DNA of 64,000 nucleotides from Trichosphaerium sp. ATCC 40318 (taxonomy: Eukaryota > Protista > Tubulinea), in assembly GCA_038496445.1 (NCBI GenBank), contig JALMLS010000538.1, positions 1 to 64,000 on the forward strand, read 5' to 3'. Both the position numbers and the translations under genes were made by a program. Position 1 is the first letter of the stretch. Each line of letters opens with the position of its first letter. Positions 61,146-64,000 of the stretch are shown here, piece by piece. The notes beneath the pieces were generated by a model. It searched no databases, was not told the DNA's origin, and worked only from the letters and a program-made list of their open reading frames with translations.

Positions 61146-62702
61146 ATGTACGAGAGCGATGAAAAACAAGCGAGAGAGTACTTAGGTGAGGTTTATAGAG
61201 ATGCTGGGGCTGTAGAGTATATTTTGAATAAAGTACGATTAGAATGTTGATAAAACGCCTCTGACGCCATAATTTAGCGTAGAGATTGCGAATTAGGCGT
61301 TTCTGAAGAACTTGATGAGTTTAGTACTAAAAGACGTTCAAAACTCAGAAAGGTGCACTAAACCGCTTTTAATGGCCTAGAAATGAACTCTATCGCCTTA
61401 GCAATGCTTTTCGGACGTAGTTGGGACAGAGCCATCCGAGTTACAGAAAAATAGGGCAGAAGCTGCTAGTGCTTGTATGTCACTTGTGGACGTTGAGAAT
61501 ATAAACTTGGAGAAGCTTATGGTGCGCTTTGATAGCAACATAGCATAAATCTTACAATAAAAATAGGATGCAGAACATGAGTCTCATAAGGTTGAACCCT
61601 TGTTTCGTCTTTAGTCAATTAAATTGAAAGATAGGCAGTCGTGCAATCTTGTCAAATGGGTTCTCTTGCAGGTTGTTTGGTTTATATGCAAATATTACAT
61701 GCACGTGGTATGCAAAGTCAAGGTAAGCTGAAAATAAATACTTTTTTATCATGCTGATTGTTCAAAAAGCGGAGACGATGTTAAACCAGAGTATGACTTA
61801 TTTTGTAAATGATTGTGTTAAAAATAAGAATCCGTACTCGTGTCATGATATGGGAGAGTATTGGGACTCTATAGGTGATGAAACGGAGGCAATGTCATTT
61901 TTACAAAAAGTTAGTTGATTCTTTTTTTTTGTCTGTGGACTTACTTGTCATTCTCTAGAGTTGTGAATACGGTGATGGTATGCTACTAAACTAAAAGAGC
62001 TTTTAATAACAGTTACAGGTAATGCTTGTCATAGAGTGTCTACGAAAGTAGACACAGGCAAAGTCCATTGGCTAGTTAAAGGTAAATGCATTTTTGCATG
62101 TTTAGTTTTAACTTGTCCATAGGTTGTGACCTTAACCACCCGCTATCGTGTAGTATCCTGTCTAATATGTACAGGTGAGATATATTTTTATAAGGCACTG
62201 TGCTGAGAAGACGCTAGGCTTGGATCACCTGGGGCATCACAAAATGAAAATTTGGCAGTAGAATTTGGTGTTAAGGCTACACGTGAGTTAGGTGATTGTG
62301 GAGATGATTTCGATTTGAATTATTGGGTGTACCACAGGAAGATGTATGGCAGACGAGTATGTCAAAACACAACAGCATTTCACATCAAGTTTAAGTGACT
62401 TGTTTAGAGTGTGGCTGATGGTGATCTTCGTGAGTACCTTCTGAGATCTTGTCAATGTGGATATCCATTAGGATGTAGAAAGACGGCAGATATTTATACA
62501 GAAAGCGCACTAGGTGGTGTAGATATGGAAAACGCCATGACATTGTATAAAGCAGGTAACACTTTGTTTTTTGATTCGTTTGTTTTCTATTTCTATTTTT
62601 AACAAGTCATGAAATGAAGGATGTGGACTTGGAGATATAGAATCTTGTCGTATGTTGTATGAATTGGAAGGTCAAGAAGAATTAGGGTTACTCAGGGATT
62701 GA
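61146..62702 (+). CDS. Sel1-like/Cys-bridged helical repeat protein, many short exons
   Basis: Repeated (S/G)CxxGxxxxC units (SCQMGSLAGC, SCEYGDGNAC, GCDLNHPLSC, SCQCGYPLGC, GCGLGDIESC) and VDMENAMTLYKA. Confidence 0.75.
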
Positions 62703-62851
62703 TTCAACTATGCACATCTCGAGAAGTAGGATGAGTGTTAAGCTGCACGCATAAATAAAATGTAAATTTGTTGACTTTTTAATCACGGTGGCCGTTTGAT
62801 TGCCACAGTTATTTATTAAAAATACAAGAAAAAGGCTCTCCTTCCACGTGT

Positions 62852-63731
62852 CTACAAAATTGTAGGATCAATGAGTGTAGCACGTTTATCTTTGAACCAG
62901 CGCTTGTGCATGCTACGTATTACTCCAAAAGGTACCTGTGCAATAAACCGTCAATAGGGAAACCAAACGTGGTATGAGACAAAAAAATCAACAAGGAAGT
63001 TTAAAAATTCACAAACAATAATCCGTACATCATGCACATTGCGATTTGCAAATGCTTGAACTGCTCTATCATCAGGACATTTTATTTCAGCAATCTTAAC
63101 TCTATAGCCATGCATGACAGCTTGGGATGAAGTAAGACTTTAAACATTGATAGATGTTATGTACCAATGGTGATATAATTCGCGTATTCCCACTCTTGTG
63201 AATGAGTGTTGTCAACTACAATTTGAGGTGCACCTTGTCACAACTGTTAGGATACGATAGAAAGTAATGGTTGAACCTTTGCGGATGGCTGAAAGGAAGT
63301 TGGCCATACAAAACGAATGTGCTTCTCCTATTTGACTTCTATCGAACCTATTTATCGGTTTAGCGTCGTGAAGCAACGAAATGGCCGATATTCTGACTGT
63401 ATTGTACAGAAGGCTGTGGCATGTCTGGGTCGTACCTGTAGAAGCCATTACGGCTAAAAAACAGATCTGCGCTACACACTGTAGCTTTTGGAAATTTATT
63501 TGATACAAACGTTGATTTACCGCTACCAGGCATACCCCTCAGATGAATTTGAGCGAACACAGACTAAAATTATGCCGTACCTCATAATCACAACGAGTTT
63601 CTTTTTCTGGCTCCCAGAAGCTTCTAGAATACGTCAGAAGTCTAGAAAGTGACACTGACGCTTTATTATATTTGTTTCGTACTGCTGGTGCTTTGTTCAG
63701 CGTTTGGTGCTGTTTTATCACTGTTCTCCAT
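62852..63731 (-). CDS. N4BP2L-like P-loop kinase (AAA_33 type), multi-exon
   Basis: VVIMRGMPGSGKST, CSADLFF, FDRSQIGEAHSFC, IVVDNTH...WEY, RNVHDVP. Confidence 0.85.
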
Positions 63732-64000
63732 AGTGACTTATTTTTTAAACGTATTGTAGTAAAGTGCTTTGTGTCTTTGAGAGAAATAAACAGTTTGTCT
63801 AGAAAGTAGAAATTTCGATTTTTTTAAATTCAGTGCCAATTCGGATTTTATTAACGTTTCACGTATAGACAGTTGATTATCTTACTATTACAATAACAGA
63901 TTTGTATGCAGTATATTCCTTTAATATTGGCGCGTATATCTCCATACTCGTTGAATTCCAGGTCGTTTTGAAACAAGAAGTTTTTTTTTTGGTAAATTAA

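Noticed and set aside
1-64000. Alternative genetic code, CRISPR arrays, rRNA or autonomous transposons
   Set aside because: The conserved genes I traced splice into open frames with the standard code, and TAA, TAG and TGA all serve as stops. No spaced repeat arrays, rRNA motifs or transposase/RT domains were seen.

Overview
Compact, AT-rich, intron-dense eukaryotic DNA using the standard genetic code. An amoebozoan-like protist is my inference, from the Frizzled-like 7TM receptor, the WASP-type protein and the short introns. About 28 protein-coding genes were reconstructed by manually splicing across the ORF track. They include an atypical Rho GTPase (partial), a coiled-coil protein, cathepsin Z, LITAF, BCAT, DHCR24, an F-box/JmjC protein, a MYND protein, a Frizzled-like GPCR, DUS, an F-box/LRR protein, CPSF1, two F-box-like/MORN proteins, an ML-like secreted protein, a TPR protein, a SAM-WASP, a V8-like protease, a LYR protein, two alpha/beta hydrolases, a YuiH-like molybdoenzyme, a repeat-rich secreted protein, MTMR14, SF3B2, an M19 dipeptidase, a Sel1-repeat protein and an N4BP2L-like P-loop protein. 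There is also one tRNA-Thr(AGU). The most notable signals are: (1) the palindrome TCACGTGA occurs 14 times, always in non-coding DNA, 9 times inside introns; (2) an unusual splicing grammar, with a GTACGY donor consensus, at least six GC-AG introns and one U12-type intron in CPSF1; (3) a WASP-family protein with a SAM domain in place of WH1; (4) a secreted protein resembling an amidated-peptide precursor; (5) a Rho GTPase lacking G3/switch II; (6) giant-virus-like and bacterial-like genes that carry introns. Exon boundaries were read by eye and no database searches were run.
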